From positions 24,118,001 through 24,182,000 of the forward strand of contig NC_043012.1 of NCBI RefSeq assembly GCF_006345805.1: DNA of 64,000 nt, given 5' to 3'. A program made the position numbers and the translations under genes. Position 1 is the first letter of the stretch; each line of letters starts with the position of its first letter. The notes beneath the pieces are model-generated. The model was not told where the DNA came from, searched no databases, and saw only the letters and a program-made list of their open reading frames with translations. This stretch comes from Octopus sinensis (Eukaryota). Positions 62,137-64,000 of this stretch are shown piece after piece.

Positions 62137-63492
62137 CGGCATAAATGTAAGTATGAATATATGTAGAGGGAGGTGGGGAGCACAAAAGATAAATGTGAGT
62201 GTGTGTGTGTGTGTGTGTGCGTGTGTGCGCGTGTGTATCTTACAAGGACAGGAACAAAGAATGAAATATTTTCTGAAACAAAATAGACCAGTTCTTGCTT
62301 TTCTTTCTTTCCTTTTTTTTTTTTACCTTTTTTGGAAAAAAAGTGGTACTTTATTATTCTTAATAATTATTATTAATATTATTATTATTACTATTATCAT
62401 CATCATCACCATTATTACTTGTCAAATGAAAAAAAAAATATTTTTGATGGGTAAGAAAACTTGGAAAAAAATTTAATTATATCTTAGGAAACAAACTCAC
62501 TCGCATAAGTACATATATACAATTATACATACATTAGATTTATATATCTATATCTATATATCTATATATATATATATATCTATATCTATATCTATATCTA
62601 TATATCTATATATATATATATATATCTATATCTATATACTTGTGTGTGTGTGTGTCCCCAACAAATGGTCAGACTAGAAAGGCTTATTTCATATTGTGTT
62701 TCAGTGTTTACAGAAAAAAATGACAGAAGGAGGGTGTGTCAGGTAATAAGGGGGGGAGGGGCACTGGATAAAAAAGCAGGGACAAAGGACAGAAGGAATG
62801 TGGGGTAGGGAACAGGGTGTGTTATGGAATGGTTGGGGGAGGAAGGATGGGTAGGGAAAGATAAAGAATGAGGAAGTAAAAGAATTGAAAGTGGAGAATG
62901 AATTAAAGAAGAAGAAAAATAAGAAGGGTGAGACTGAGAGGAAAACAAATGGAAGAAGGAAAAAATCTGTGGAAATAAAAAAAAAACAGGAGATTAAGGG
63001 TGCAGAAATGAAATGAAAGAATTACACAGGTTGTAAAGTGAAAGTGAAAGTAAAGAAATAAGAATATAGAAATGAAATGAAGGAAAGATGTAAAATTATG
63101 ATGGAAGAAGTGAGAGAATGAAATGGGAAAATAAAGTTGAAGGAGTGGAGATAAAATGGAAGAGAATGAAATTGGAAGAGAATGAAACTGGAAGTGAAAT
63201 GAAAGAAATTGAGGTTTTCGTAGAAGCTTAATGCAATGCAAAAGAAAAAAGGAAAAAAAAAGAGAGAGAGAGAGATCTGATTGTGTGATATGAAACATAT
63301 TTCTCAAGCACATGGTTCTGGGTTCAGTCCCACTGCATGGCACTGTGGGTAAGTGTCTTCTAAGATGGGCTGATCAAAGCCTTGAGTGGATATGGTAAGT
63401 GAAAACTGAAAGAAGCCCATCATGTGTCTGTACACACACACACATATATATATGTGTATATATATGTGTGTGCGTGTGTGTGTGTATATATA

Positions 63493-63543
<51 letters not shown>

Positions 63544-63598
63544 ATATATATATGTGTGTGTGTGTGTATATATATATATATGTGTGTGTGTGTGTATG

Positions 63599-63629
<31 letters not shown>

Positions 63630-63869
63630 ATGTGTATATATATATATATATATATAAGCCATGTTGGACTGCCAAATTCTACACATTCTTTTTTTATTCT
63701 CTCTTTGTTTATTTCCTCATGTTCCTTTCTGTAGAAAAATGTAGGCTCAAAACATGGAAGACTTATCCATTTTTCCTGAGTGTCAAACTGATACACTTGC
63801 TTATTGTTCCTACACCTCTCTTCATCTCGTTTTTCTATAAATTTGAACTATACACACACACACACACAC

Positions 63870-64000
63870 ATGACCAAGTGTGTACCGTTGGCGATTTTTT
63901 TCCTTCTGTCTTCCCTTCTCTGGATCTTTCCTTCTCCTATGTTTCCGATGAAGAGCTCCGCTCGAAACGTTAAACCCTCCTTCTTCCCTTCCTTCCTGAG
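63870..64000 (+). mobile_element. Hammerhead family H1 element (runs off window end), motif at 63941-63975
   Basis: Reverse-complement homologue of 9270-9480; GTTT-CCGATGA-A-GAGC(TCC)GCTC-GAAAC-GTT|AAAC. Confidence 0.7.

Overview
AT-rich, repeat-saturated animal DNA. The SINE families, RTE/CR1 LINE relics and long (TA)n/(CA)n/(GA)n tracts most resemble an octopod cephalopod intron or intergenic region; this is inferred from repeat style, not a database result. No host protein-coding gene could be identified with confidence. Nearly all ORFs in the supplied track are microsatellite or SINE artefacts. The only clear protein homology is to decayed LINE reverse transcriptases (CR1/L2-type at 25870-27160; RTE-type at 4921-5210, 12090-12482, 21720-22740, 23163-23520). 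A few short minus-strand segments have good splice signals and may be exons of an unrecognised gene. The most notable signal, read by eye, is a set of type I hammerhead ribozyme motifs (CUGANGA...GAAAC...NUH, with pairing stems) in small Penelope-like/retrozyme-like elements sitting in or beside simple-repeat tracts. They include a fully canonical one with a palindromic stem III (56242-56323) and a near-identical 242-bp tandem pair (9270-9720) able in principle to form a double hammerhead. Also seen: the dominant SINE shares its 3' tail with the CR1-type LINE, its internal microsatellite repeatedly hosts other insertions, and several MITE, HINE and foldback elements and local duplications are present. 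Many repeat boundaries are approximate (about 10-30 bp).
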